In this document: piece after piece, positions 9,287 through 18,557 of the stretch | Numbering within the stretch: position 1 is the first letter of the stretch | How the letters are laid out: each line of letters opens with the position of its first letter | Assembly: GCF_004010195.1 (NCBI RefSeq) | Contig: NC_057754.1 | Span: 161,981 to 181,980, forward strand | DNA: 20,000 nt | Reading direction: 5' to 3' | Origin: Chiloscyllium plagiosum | Lineage: Eukaryota | The notes under the pieces: generated by a model | Seen by the model: the letters and a program-made list of their open reading frames with translations, nothing else | The model's database searches: none | Told to the model about the DNA's origin: nothing | Position numbers and translations under genes: made by a program

Positions 9287-9790
9287 AGTCTGCTCTGCCA
9301 TTCAATCATAGCTGATATGTGTTTCAACCCAATCTCCTGCTTTCTCCCTGTAACCTTTGAAACCCTTGAAACTCAAGAACCTATCTATCTCTGACTTAAA
9401 CATACTGAATGATCTGACCTCTGCAGCCTTCTGTGTCATTGAATTCCATAGATTCACCACTTGCTGGCTGAAGACGTTTCTCTTCATCTCCAATGTAAAG
9501 GGGCTTCCTTTTACTCTAAGGCTGTGCCGTTAGGTCCTAGTCTTTCCTACCAATGGAAACATTTTCTTAACGTCCACTCTGTCAAGGCTATTCAGCATTC
9601 TGTATGTTTCAATTAGATCCCTGCTCATCCTTCTAAATTTCAGGGAGTATAGAGCCAGAATCTTCAAATGTTCCTCATATGTTTTGCTTTTCATTCCTGG
9701 GACCGTTCTCGTGAACCTCCTCTGGACCCACTCCAGGGCCAGTATATCCTTCCTGAGGTATGGGGCCCAAAACTGTTCACAATACTCTAA
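9287..9790 (-). mobile_element. CR1 LINE fragment, opposite orientation
   Basis: Minus-strand EMKRNVFSQQVVNLWNS..FKSEIDRFL. Confidence 0.8.
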
Positions 9791-9909
9791 ATATTATCAA
9801 TATTTAACACTGTTACTTCCCCTTGCGCTCCCCCACCCCCACCTTGAGCATTAGGAAATGGGAGGTCCAGAAAAAGGCAAATTCCCGAACGAGTGTTTAA
9901 AAATGGAAT

Positions 9910-9915
9910 TTTAAT
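9910..9915 (-). promoter_or_regulatory. Putative polyadenylation signal ATTAAA of the DUSP10-like mRNA
   Basis: First AATAAA/ATTAAA hexamer I find on the minus strand after the stop codon. TGTA motifs lie upstream and a U/GU-rich stretch (gttcgggaatttgcctttttct) downstream; repeats resume ~120 nt further on. Confidence 0.55.
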
Positions 9916-9952
9916 AAATCAGCAAGATGGAGACTTCACACCAAAACTGTAC

Positions 9953-9965
9953 AAATAAATAAATA
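9953..9965 (-). promoter_or_regulatory. AU-rich element (UAUUUAUUUAUUU) in the putative 3'UTR
   Basis: Overlapping AUUUA pentamers containing the UUAUUUAUU nonamer, ~40 nt upstream of the ATTAAA. Confidence 0.55.
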
Positions 9966-10340
9966 CATAGGACAACAGATTAACACAGAGACAGATACAC
10001 GACCTACAGGCGAAGGTCATGGTTTCACCTTTGACCTCCAGTGTGAGGTAAATGATTGGGAGCAGCTTCACTTTGTGACTTGATGCCTAAGTGGGGAAGA
10101 GGAGGTAGATCATGGCATTGGTGGGCGGTGTCACTCAGACCCGGGCTCCATGACATTGTGCTCACTCAGCCTGGGTCACACATCATCTGAGTTAAATTCA
10201 CTCAATGACAAGCATCCCACTCGACACTAGCAGCTCAGACCCATGACGGAGTTACAATAACTGCATTTGTGATGAACCCCAGCAGTCTGGTTCCACTCAG
10301 TCAGAAGAATAATGGCAACTAGTGCAAAGTACTGCCTCAA

Positions 10341-10573
10341 AAACTCCCAGGACAGGGAGTTCACAGGATTAGATACAGTGTAAAGCTCCCTCTACAATAT
10401 CCCGCATCAAACACTCCCAGGACAGGGACAGCATGGGGTTAGATACAGAGTAAAGCTCTCTCTACACTGTTCCCCCCGCCCCACCATCAAACACTCCCAG
10501 GACAGGGACAGCATGGGGTTGGATACAGAGTGAAGCTCCCTCTACACTGTCCCCCATCACGCACTCCCAGGAG
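10341..10573. repeat. ~70-bp tandem repeat, about 3.2 units, in the putative 3'UTR
   Basis: Unit acactcccaggacagggacagcatggggttagatacagagtaaagctccctctacactgtcccccatcaa; units start at 10341, 10411, 10491, 10561 (unit 2 is 10 nt longer). Confidence 0.9.
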
Positions 10574-11171
10574 AAACAGACCCTTGATCTTGATAGAATC
10601 TGTGTATTGGCTGAAAATGAAATGTACTGTAGAAATTTCAACTAAAGAGAATCCACTTGCCAACCAATCAGTTTCCTACATTTCATACAGTATAAATCAT
10701 TGTTCCGGTTGACATTTGGCATTCTTGCAATTGTGTCCTGATGATTGCAAGATAAAATGCTTCAACAGCTTGTCTGTTTTTACTATGTCTCCTGGAACAG
10801 GAATCATCCGGAGATGTCTGCAATGATTCCTTGTACCCAATGGTAATGGTTGAGGTGCTGTTTGTGCTGACAGACAGCCCTGGGTCTGAGGATGGAGTGA
10901 GAGCCAGGTAATCTGTCTGTTCACAGGAAGCTCAGTGTGAAAAAGAAATGAACAGAATCTCACGAGGATATTACTGTTACTGCAATATACACAACATATA
11001 AGGCCAAACCCCTGCTATGTCTCAGTCCTGAATCACTGCATAGTGATGTGGGGTGACAGAGAACATCAGACAGAAGCTGAGGGCAGAGATGCTCAGGACT
11101 ACTGGCTGTGGCAATTTGATTCCCCCCCCCACAACTCACCCTCCACTACATTGTCCTGAGCATGGGAGGCT

Positions 11172-11475
11172 TCCAATTCCTCACTGGTGAGGGTCCCAGT
11201 GCACCACTGGTGACAGACCCACTCCCCCAGTGGTCACATTTCCATTCCCCCATTGTCAGGGTCTCAGTTCCACCAATGGTAAGGGTCCCTCTCTCCCCGT
11301 TGTCAGGGTCCCACTTCCCCACTAGTGAGGGCCCCTCTCCCCCATTGTCAGGGTCTCAGTTTCCCCATTGTCAAGGTCCCAGATCCACCACTGATCATGA
11401 TCCCACTCCCCCAGTGTCAGGGTCCAATTCCCCAATTGTGAGGGTCCCACTCCCACACTGATAGGGGTCCAAGTC
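11172..11475. repeat. Degenerate ~20-21-bp minisatellite in the putative 3'UTR
   Basis: Repeated ccccattgtcagggtccc-like units, about 14 copies. Confidence 0.8.
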
Positions 11476-12154
11476 ACATTAGTCCACAGTGAGGTTTACT
11501 GCTTGCTGATATGGGGGTCTTGTTAGGGCATGTGTATTGGAGCTTCAGAAAAATATTATTTGGAGAGAGCCTAGCACCAGGGCAGCGGTCGAGGGAGTAA
11601 CTTCAGGGATGAGTAGGGGCACCAGTGGCACATCACCCTGGGGAAGACAAAGGAAGGCAGTGCAGGTTACAGACATCTGGTTGCAATGCCACTGTATCCT
11701 ATCCAGCAGGCAATGTCCACACATACAGGCGCACCTCTGGGGAAGACATTGGATCAGTTTGATCAGTTTCACAGTAATTGTCTCAATAGAAAGATCCCAT
11801 TCCAAACCCTCACCTTCCCACCCATAACTCCAACCAAACCCCATCCCACAGTCAAGTCCAAAGGAACCCCATATGAAATAAAATGACTCTTTCACTCAAC
11901 CAGCTCCCAATTAATCAAATCCAGCCAGGAGTTCTCCCTTGACCAGCTGGAGCTCAGATGATTAATTCTCAGATTCTGATCGCAGTGTCGCGGCTGGAAC
12001 AGGAGACGGAGAAGGAGTTTCCTTTGAAATGGGAGGTGGTTGGTTATCCATGTTGGAGAGAGAGTGAGGGAGAGACAGTTTTGCCTCCAGTTAAGATTCA
12101 TTGCTCAGCCCCGGAATTTGTTGGGGTCTACGGTGGGGATGTTGTGGGGGATAC

Positions 12155-12420
12155 CTACACCTCGGTCTCGAGTCCACTAAGTTTTGGCGTGAGAATCCGG
12201 GGCGTGAGACCCTTGTTCAGGTCCATTTCAAACTCCAGCAGTTGCCCCATGAAGTTGAGGTTGGGAGAGATGATGGGTCGTTTGCCCTTTACATATTTGT
12301 AGGCATCTGTCATGGTCATCAGCGTGTGCTTCATCAGGTAGGCAATGACCAGAGTGGCAGAACGGGAGACTCCTGCCTGGCAGTGGATTAGAACCCCCTT
12401 GCCACATTGGTGGGCTTCCT
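12155..12420 (-). CDS. DUSP10-like: DUSP10-like, last coding exon with catalytic P-loop
   Basis: Acceptor gtgtttttttttgtttttAG| at 12421. Encodes [32 protein letters not shown]...[17 protein letters not shown]...[16 protein letters not shown], with intact HCxxGxSRS and AYLM motifs. TAG at 12157-12155. Spliced CDS 1093+360+266=1719 nt, in frame. Confidence 0.96.
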
Positions 12421-12532
12421 CTAAAAACAAAAAAAAACACAGCAACAGGCCCAATCACAACCAGCTTGAGAAATATCACAATGCAACCCTCAGCCAATAA
12501 AGGACCTTATCTAGACTGTACAAAATGTGGAG

Positions 12533-13232
12533 GCCAGTGGGACAGTGTGCAGCGAGACAGTGTGCAGTGTGACAGAGCGCAGCGGGACTGTGCGATGGGG
12601 CAGTGTGCAGTGTGACAGAGCACACTGAGACAGTGTGTGGTGGGACAGTGTGCAGTGAGACAGAGCACAGTGAGACAGAGCACAGTGAGACAGAGTGCAT
12701 CAGGACTGTGTGATGGGTCAGTGTGCAATGTGGCAGGGTGCAGTAAGACTGTGTGCAGTATGGCAGAATGCAGTAGGACTGTGTGATGGGACAGTGTGCA
12801 GTGTGATAGAGCACAGTGAGACAGTGAGCGATGGGACAGTGTGTCATGTGACAGAGCACAGTGAGACAGTGTGCAGTGTGACAGAGCACAGTGAGACAGA
12901 GCACAGTGGGACAATGTGCAATGAGACCATGTGCAGTGGGACAGAGCACAGTGAGACAGAGCGCAGTGGGACAGAGCGCAGTGGGACAGAGCGCAGTGGG
13001 ACAGAGCGCAGTGGGACAGAGCGCAGTGGGACACTGAGCGGAGTGACAGTGTGCAGTGTGACAGATCGCAGTGAGACATAGCGCAGTGGGACAGTGAGCG
13101 AAGGGACAGTGAGCGATGGGACAGTGTGTCATGTGACAGAGCACTGTGAGACAGTGTGCAGTGGGTGGCAGAGCGCAGTGGGACAGAGCGCAGTGGGACA
13201 GAGCGCAGTGGGACAGAGCGCAGTGGGACAGA
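12533..13232. repeat. 15-bp-unit minisatellite (GGGACAGAGCGCAGT variants) filling the last intron
   Basis: Units built from variant pentamers; produces the CPTAL/SHCAL/TERSG repeat ORFs; covers ~700 of the 839 intron nt. Confidence 0.95.
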
Positions 13233-13259
13233 GAGCTGTGTATTGCCTTCTGCACTCAC

Positions 13260-13619
13260 CGATGAATTCGAAAGCCTCCTCGAAGTACTGGCGGAGGTTC
13301 TGTTTGCTGTTGTCAGTTGCTGGCAGCCTCTTGTAGTGTACACTGCCAGTCTGTGCATGGTACAGGGGAAGATGGGTGGTGACATTGATGACATATCCCA
13401 CATTTAACTGGCGCAGCCTGACCAGGTCCTGGGCATCACGCTCATTCCCTAGGTACAGGAACGGCAGGATGGGGCTCAGCTCGGCATTTTCAATGTCAGG
13501 GGTCAAGGGGAGTGTGCCTTCACATTCTCCATATGACCTTTCGAACACCTCCTTCCCTTCATCCCGTGGCCTCATTGATGCAGAGCTGGGCGCTGTAACC
13601 TCCTTCTCATACCCAGGTT
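13260..13619 (-). CDS. DUSP10-like: DUSP10-like, second coding exon (linker plus N-half of dual-specificity phosphatase domain)
   Basis: Acceptor tctctctactctgcttttccAG| at 13620; donor ATCG|GTGAGT at 13260/13259; 360 nt, phase 1-1. Encodes [26 protein letters not shown]...[25 protein letters not shown], including the general-acid Asp (PATD). Confidence 0.95.
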
Positions 13620-14029
13620 CTGGAAAAGCAGAGTAGAGAGAAGATCACAATGCATATCCCTCATAATCAAAATCTCTCATCACTTACCCTCAGAATCTTT
13701 TCCTGATCATCCTCAATCTGTGTCCACTGGGTTACAGATCCCTCTGCTGCTAAAAACAGAAGGAAGAATGGACGACTGTTTATTGAGTAGTGGTACCACC
13801 TAGATATTGTAGAGTGCTTCTCATGAAATTCCAAAGTCAGAAGATGAAGGAATATGGAAAACGCTGGCATTAATAACCAGGTATTTTATTTGTTCAGAAC
13901 TTCATAAAGATTTGGTCCTTTCTGTAAACCCTGTGGTAGGAAATCACTCAGCATGTAATTAAATCAGCTCCTTTGAGAGCCAAACCAGTTTTGAGTGAGC
14001 ATTCAGTCAGCTGTGAGTACATAGAACAT

Positions 14030-14730
14030 AAAGTCATAGAGATGTACAGCATGGAAACAGACCCTTCAGTCCAACCCGCCCATACCGACCAGATATCCAA
14101 ATCTAATCTAGTCCCACCTGCCAGCACCCGGCCCATATTCTTCCAAACCCTTCCTATTCATATACCCATCCAAATGCCCATCTTAAATGTTGCAATTGTA
14201 CCAGCCTCCACCACTTCCTCTGGCAGCTCATTCCATACACGTACCAACCTCTGCGTGAAAAAGTTGCCCCTTAGGTCTCTTTTATATCTTTCCCCTCTCA
14301 CCCTAAACCTATGCCCTCTAGTTCTGGACTCCCTGACCCCAGGGAAAAGACTTTGCCTTTTACCCTATCTATGCCCCTCATAATTTTGTAAACCTCTATA
14401 AGATCACCCCTCAGCCTCCAACCCTTCAGGGAAAACAGCCTGTTCAGCCTCTCCCTATAGCTCAAATCCTCCAACCCTGGCAACATCCTTGTAAATCTTT
14501 TCTGAACCCTTTCAAGTTTCACAACATCTTTCCGATAGGAAGGAGACCAGAATTGCATGCAATATTCCAACAGTGGCCTAACCAATGTCCTGTACAGCCG
14601 CAACATGACCTCCCAACTCCTGTACTCAATACTCTGACCAATAAAGGAAAGCATACCAAACACCTTCTTCACTATCCTATCTACCTGCGACTCCACTTTC
14701 AAGGAGCTATGAACCTGCACTCCAAGGTCT
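14030..14730 (-). mobile_element. CR1 LINE 3' fragment (intronic)
   Basis: LYRTLVRPLLEYCMQFWSPSYRKDVVKLERVQKRFTRMLPGLEDLSYRERL..RLRGDLIEVYKIMRG. Confidence 0.92.
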
Positions 14731-14734
14731 CAAT

Positions 14735-14980
14735 ACACCGCAGAATAGGCCCTTCAGCTCTTGATGTTGTGCCGACCTGTGAAATAATCAAACCCATCTA
14801 ATCTAATCTCTCTCACCCTACACTATCCAATCATCACCCATGTGCTTATCCAAGGACTGTTTAAATGCCCTAATGTGGCTGTGTTAACTACATTGGAAGG
14901 CAAGGCATTCCACGCCCTTACCACTCTCTGAGTAAAGAACCTGCCTCTGACATCTGTCTTAAATCTATCACCCCTCAATT
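14735..14980 (-). mobile_element. Short CR1 3' fragment
   Basis: ataggcccttcagctc tail and ggcattccacgcccttaccactctctgagtaaagaac (antisense of FFTQRVVRAWNA). Confidence 0.7.
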
Positions 14981-14986
14981 CGCAAT

Positions 14987-15285
14987 AATTAGTTTAGATT
15001 CCCTACAGTGTAGAAATAGGCCATTTGGCCCAACTAGCCCACATTGACCTTCCGAAGCGTAACCCACCCAGACCCATTTCCTTCTGACAAATGCACCTAA
15101 CACTATGGGCAATTTAGAATGGCCAATTCACCTGACCTGCAGGTCTTTGGACTGAGGGAGGAAACCGGAGCACCCAGAGGAAACTCACGCAGACACAGGG
15201 AGAATGTGCAAATTCCAAACAGACAGTTGTCCGAGGCTGAAATCGAACCTGGGACCCTGGTGCTGTGGGGCAGCAGTGCTAACCA
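14987..15285 (-). mobile_element. HE1-like V-SINE
   Basis: Minus strand tggttagcactgctgcc..ccaggttcgatttc (B box)..tttgcacattctccctgtgtctgcgtgagtttcctctgggtgctccggtttcctcc (V domain). Confidence 0.85.
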
Positions 15286-15789
15286 ATTTGATGTTCCCAA
15301 CCTACATGAAGATTAAGTGCTGCCTTTGTTACAGGCCCTCATTATTTCCTGATTTATTCTCTCGTCTGCAGCATAGCTACTTTCAGGGGGATTACAGACT
15401 ACGCCCATGAGGGTTTTCTTCCCCTCTTTATTTCTTACCTCAACCATTATTGATTTTACATTTCTGATTCAAGATAATTTCTTGCTAATGTACTGATTCC
15501 ATCTTATATTAACAAACCAGTCCACTACCCTTCCCTTCCTGCCTGTTTTTCTGAAAAATCCAAAAGCATGGGGGAGGATGGGATAGTAGATAGTGGAGGG
15601 CAGTCTCAGGAGGGCTCAGGAATGGTTGAGGAGGGGAAAGGTGTCCTCAATATGGTTCTGGCATCGGTCTCACATATTTACAACATTCAGAATTGAGAAG
15701 GAGGCTGGATTTGGAGCATAGGCCCACCAGGGATGGCAATTTCTCTTATCCTGATGTTGGGAATGGATGGTCCCCCCTTACTTCCCTCC

Positions 15790-16442
15790 AAGGGACCCTT
15801 CCATATCCGCCATAAATTCACCTGCACCTCCACACACATCAATTACTGCATCCGCTGCACCTGATGTGGCCTCCTCTATATTGGGGAGATAGGCTGCCTA
15901 CTTGCGGAACGTTTCAGAGAACACCTCTGGGACATCCGGACCAACCAACTCAACCACCCCGTGGCTCAACACTTCAACTCCCCCTCCCCCTCCCACTCCA
16001 CCAAGGACATGCAGGTCCTTGGACTCCTCCATCGCCAGACCATAGCAACACGACGGCTGGAGGAAAAGTGTCTCATCTTTCGCCTCGGAACCCTCCAACC
16101 ACAAGGGATGAACTCAGGCTTCTCCAGTTTCCTCATTTCCCCTCCCCCCACCTTGTCTCAGTCCCAATCCTCAAACTCAGCACCACCTTCCTAACCTGCA
16201 ATCTTCTTCCTGACCTCTCCACCCCTACCCCCACTCCGGCCTATCACCCTCACCTTAATCTCCTTCCACCTATCGCATTTCCAACGCCCCTCCCCCAAGT
16301 CCCTCCTCCCTACCTTTTATCTTAGCCTGCTTGGCACACTTTCCTCATGCCTGAAGAAGGGCTCATGCCCGAAACATCGATTCTCCTGTTCCCTGGATGC
16401 TGCCTGACCTGCTGCGCTTTTCCAGCAACACATTTTCAGCTC
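15790..16442 (+). mobile_element. Penelope-like retroelement 3' part: GIY-YIG endonuclease remnant plus pLTR
   Basis: From 15799: FHIRHKFTCTSTHINYCIRCT*CGLLYIGEIGCLLAERFREH..PVAQHFN..RRLEEKCLIFRLGTLQPQGMN; in-frame TGA at 15862-15864 (CGA decay); hammerhead-like CTGAAGA-A-GGGC-TCAT-GCCC-GAAAC at 16351-16375. Confidence 0.88.
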
Positions 16443-16602
16443 TTATGAAATAAGAACCAAGTACGAGGTCTGCTAATCCCTGATGTGTTCTTTAATCACC
16501 CACCGGGGAGAAAGGGATGATGGATTCATGTCCTTGTTGTCTGGGATGGGCAGTTGGAGTGGACTGCAATCTGTCCTGAGCTGTAGCAGAGCCCTGCCAC
16601 CC

Positions 16603-16870
16603 CATACACAGTATCTCTCTCTCTCTCACACACATATACATACACACACTCTTACAAACGCATACACATACACACACATTCACACATGTAAACACACATG
16701 CACAAACACACGCACAAACACTCATCAAGCACACGCTCTCTCTCACACACACATATGCATACATACATACATACACACATACAATCTAACACAATATACA
16801 TTCACACATACATAGTTACATACGCACATACATAGATAGTCATAGACACACACACACAGTTAAATACACA
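16603..16870. repeat. Imperfect (CA/TA)n tract
   Basis: Alternating purine-pyrimidine cacacata-type repeats. Confidence 0.9.
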
Positions 16871-16872
16871 AA

Positions 16873-18405
16873 AACATAAAAAATAGCAGCAGGGTTAGGC
16901 CATTTGGCCATTAGCCAACTCCACCATTCAATAAGATCATGGCTGATCTTCGTGTGGACTCAGGTCTCCACTTACCCACCCCTCACCACAACCCTTAATT
17001 CCTTTAGAGTCATAGACATATACAGAACAGAAACAGACCCTTCGGTCCAACTCATCCATGTTGACCAGATATCCTATCTAAATCTAGTCCCATTTGCCAG
17101 CATTTGGCTCATATCCCTCTAAATCCTTCCTGTTCGTGATACCATCTGGATACCTTTTAAATGTTGTTATCACACCAGCCTCCACCTCTTCCTCTGTCAG
17201 CATATTCCATACATGCACCACCCTCTGCGTGAAAAAGTTGCCCCTTTGGTCCTTTTTAAATCTTTCCCCTCTCACATTAAACCTATGCCCTTTAGTTTTG
17301 GACTCTCCCATCCAGGGGAAAAGATCTTGCCTATTTACCTTATCCATGGCCCTCATGGTTTTATAAACCTCTGTAAGGTCACACCTCAGCCTCTGACTCC
17401 AGGGAAAATAGACCTAGCCTATTCAGCCTTTCCCTATACCTCAAACCTTCCAGTCCTGGCAACATCCTTGTAAATCTTTTCTGAACCCTCTCAGGTTTCA
17501 CAACATCCTTCCTTTCGGAGGGAGACAAGAATTGCATGCAACATTCCAAACGTGGCCAAACCAATGTCCTGTACATGACCTCCCAACTCCTATACTCAAT
17601 GCACTAACCAATAAAGGTAAGCATACCAAATGCCTTCTTCACTATCACCTGCAACCCCACTTTCAAGGAACTATGAACCTGCACCCAACGGTCTCTGTTC
17701 AGCACCACTCCCCAGGACCTTACCATTAAGTGTATAAGTACTGCTCTGATTTCCTTTTCAAAATGCCGCACCTCACATTCATCTAAACTAAACTCCATCT
17801 GCCACTCCTTGGCCCATTGGCCCATCTGATCAAGATCGTGTTGTACTCTGAGGTTACCTTCTTGGCTGTCCACTACACCTCCAATTTTTCAATTTACTGT
17901 TCAAAAATCTATTTCACTTGAAAAACATTCAACGAGGTAGCCTCTACTGCTTCACTGGAATTCCATAGATTCATAACCCTTTGGATGAAGACGTTCCTCA
18001 TTAATTCAATTTGAAATCTGCTCTGCTTTATTTTGAGGCTATGCCCCTAGGTCTAGTTCACCTGCCAGTAGAAACAACCTCCCTGCTTCTATCGTATCTA
18101 TTCCCTTCATAATTTTATATGTTTCTATAAGATCCCCCCCCCGCATTCTTCTAAGTTCCAATAAGTATAGTCCCAGTCTACTTAATCTGTCCTCATAAGC
18201 CAACCCTTACAATTCCAGAATTAATCTAGCAACCCTCCTCCAGTCCCAGTACTGTACATCCTTTCTCAAGTAAGGAGACTGAAACTGTACACAGTACTCC
18301 AGGTGTGGCCTCACCCCCAGCACCCTACACAGCTGCAACATAACTTTCCTGTTTTTAAACTTCATCCCTCTAGCAATGAAGGACACTATTCTATTTGCCT
18401 TCTTA
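16873..18405 (-). mobile_element. Older CR1 fragment split by the 17005-17886 insertion
   Basis: Tail at 16873-17004 (ccattcaataagatcatggctgatc) and ORF2 remnant at ~17890-18405 (KKANRIVSFIARG..VRPHLEYCVQFQSPYLRKD). Confidence 0.7.
17005..17886 (-). mobile_element. CR1 LINE fragment nested in an older CR1
   Basis: QHDLDQMGQWAKEWQMEFSLDEC..YRTLVWPRLECCMQF..ERVQKRFTRMLPGL..NFFTQRVVHVWN; same family as 14030-14730. Confidence 0.88.
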
Positions 18406-18436
18406 ATAACATGAAGGCGTACGTGTACGTGTACAT

Positions 18437-18468
18437 ACACACACACACACTCTCACACACACACACAC
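18437..18468. repeat. (CA)n microsatellite near the first coding exon's donor
   Basis: Interrupted CA run about 90 nt into the intron. Confidence 0.9.
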
Positions 18469-18557
18469 TTCCCCTCCATCCAACAAGGCAGTGCAGAACA
18501 TTTCATAAACATACACAAGAACTCCGTAGAAATTAAGACTGACTGGACAATCCTTAC

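Noticed and set aside
10341..10573. CRISPR-like array
   Set aside because: Units repeat over their whole length with no unique spacers, there are no cas genes, and the context is vertebrate.
11958..12391. Plus-strand ORFs overlapping the last exon (likewise 13376-13636, 18617-19336)
   Set aside because: Antisense shadows of a GC-rich coding sequence with no recognisable protein features.
12476..13403. Long Cys/His-rich ORFs (259 and 298 aa) resembling metallothionein or keratin-associated proteins
   Set aside because: They are translations of a stop-poor 15-bp intronic minisatellite bounded by canonical splice sites of the DUSP gene.
18403..18557. C-terminal part of the 465-aa ORF (KDCPVSL..VCVCV)
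   Set aside because: It lies past the GTAAGG donor at the DUSP10-equivalent phase-1 position and runs into a (CA)n microsatellite; intronic.
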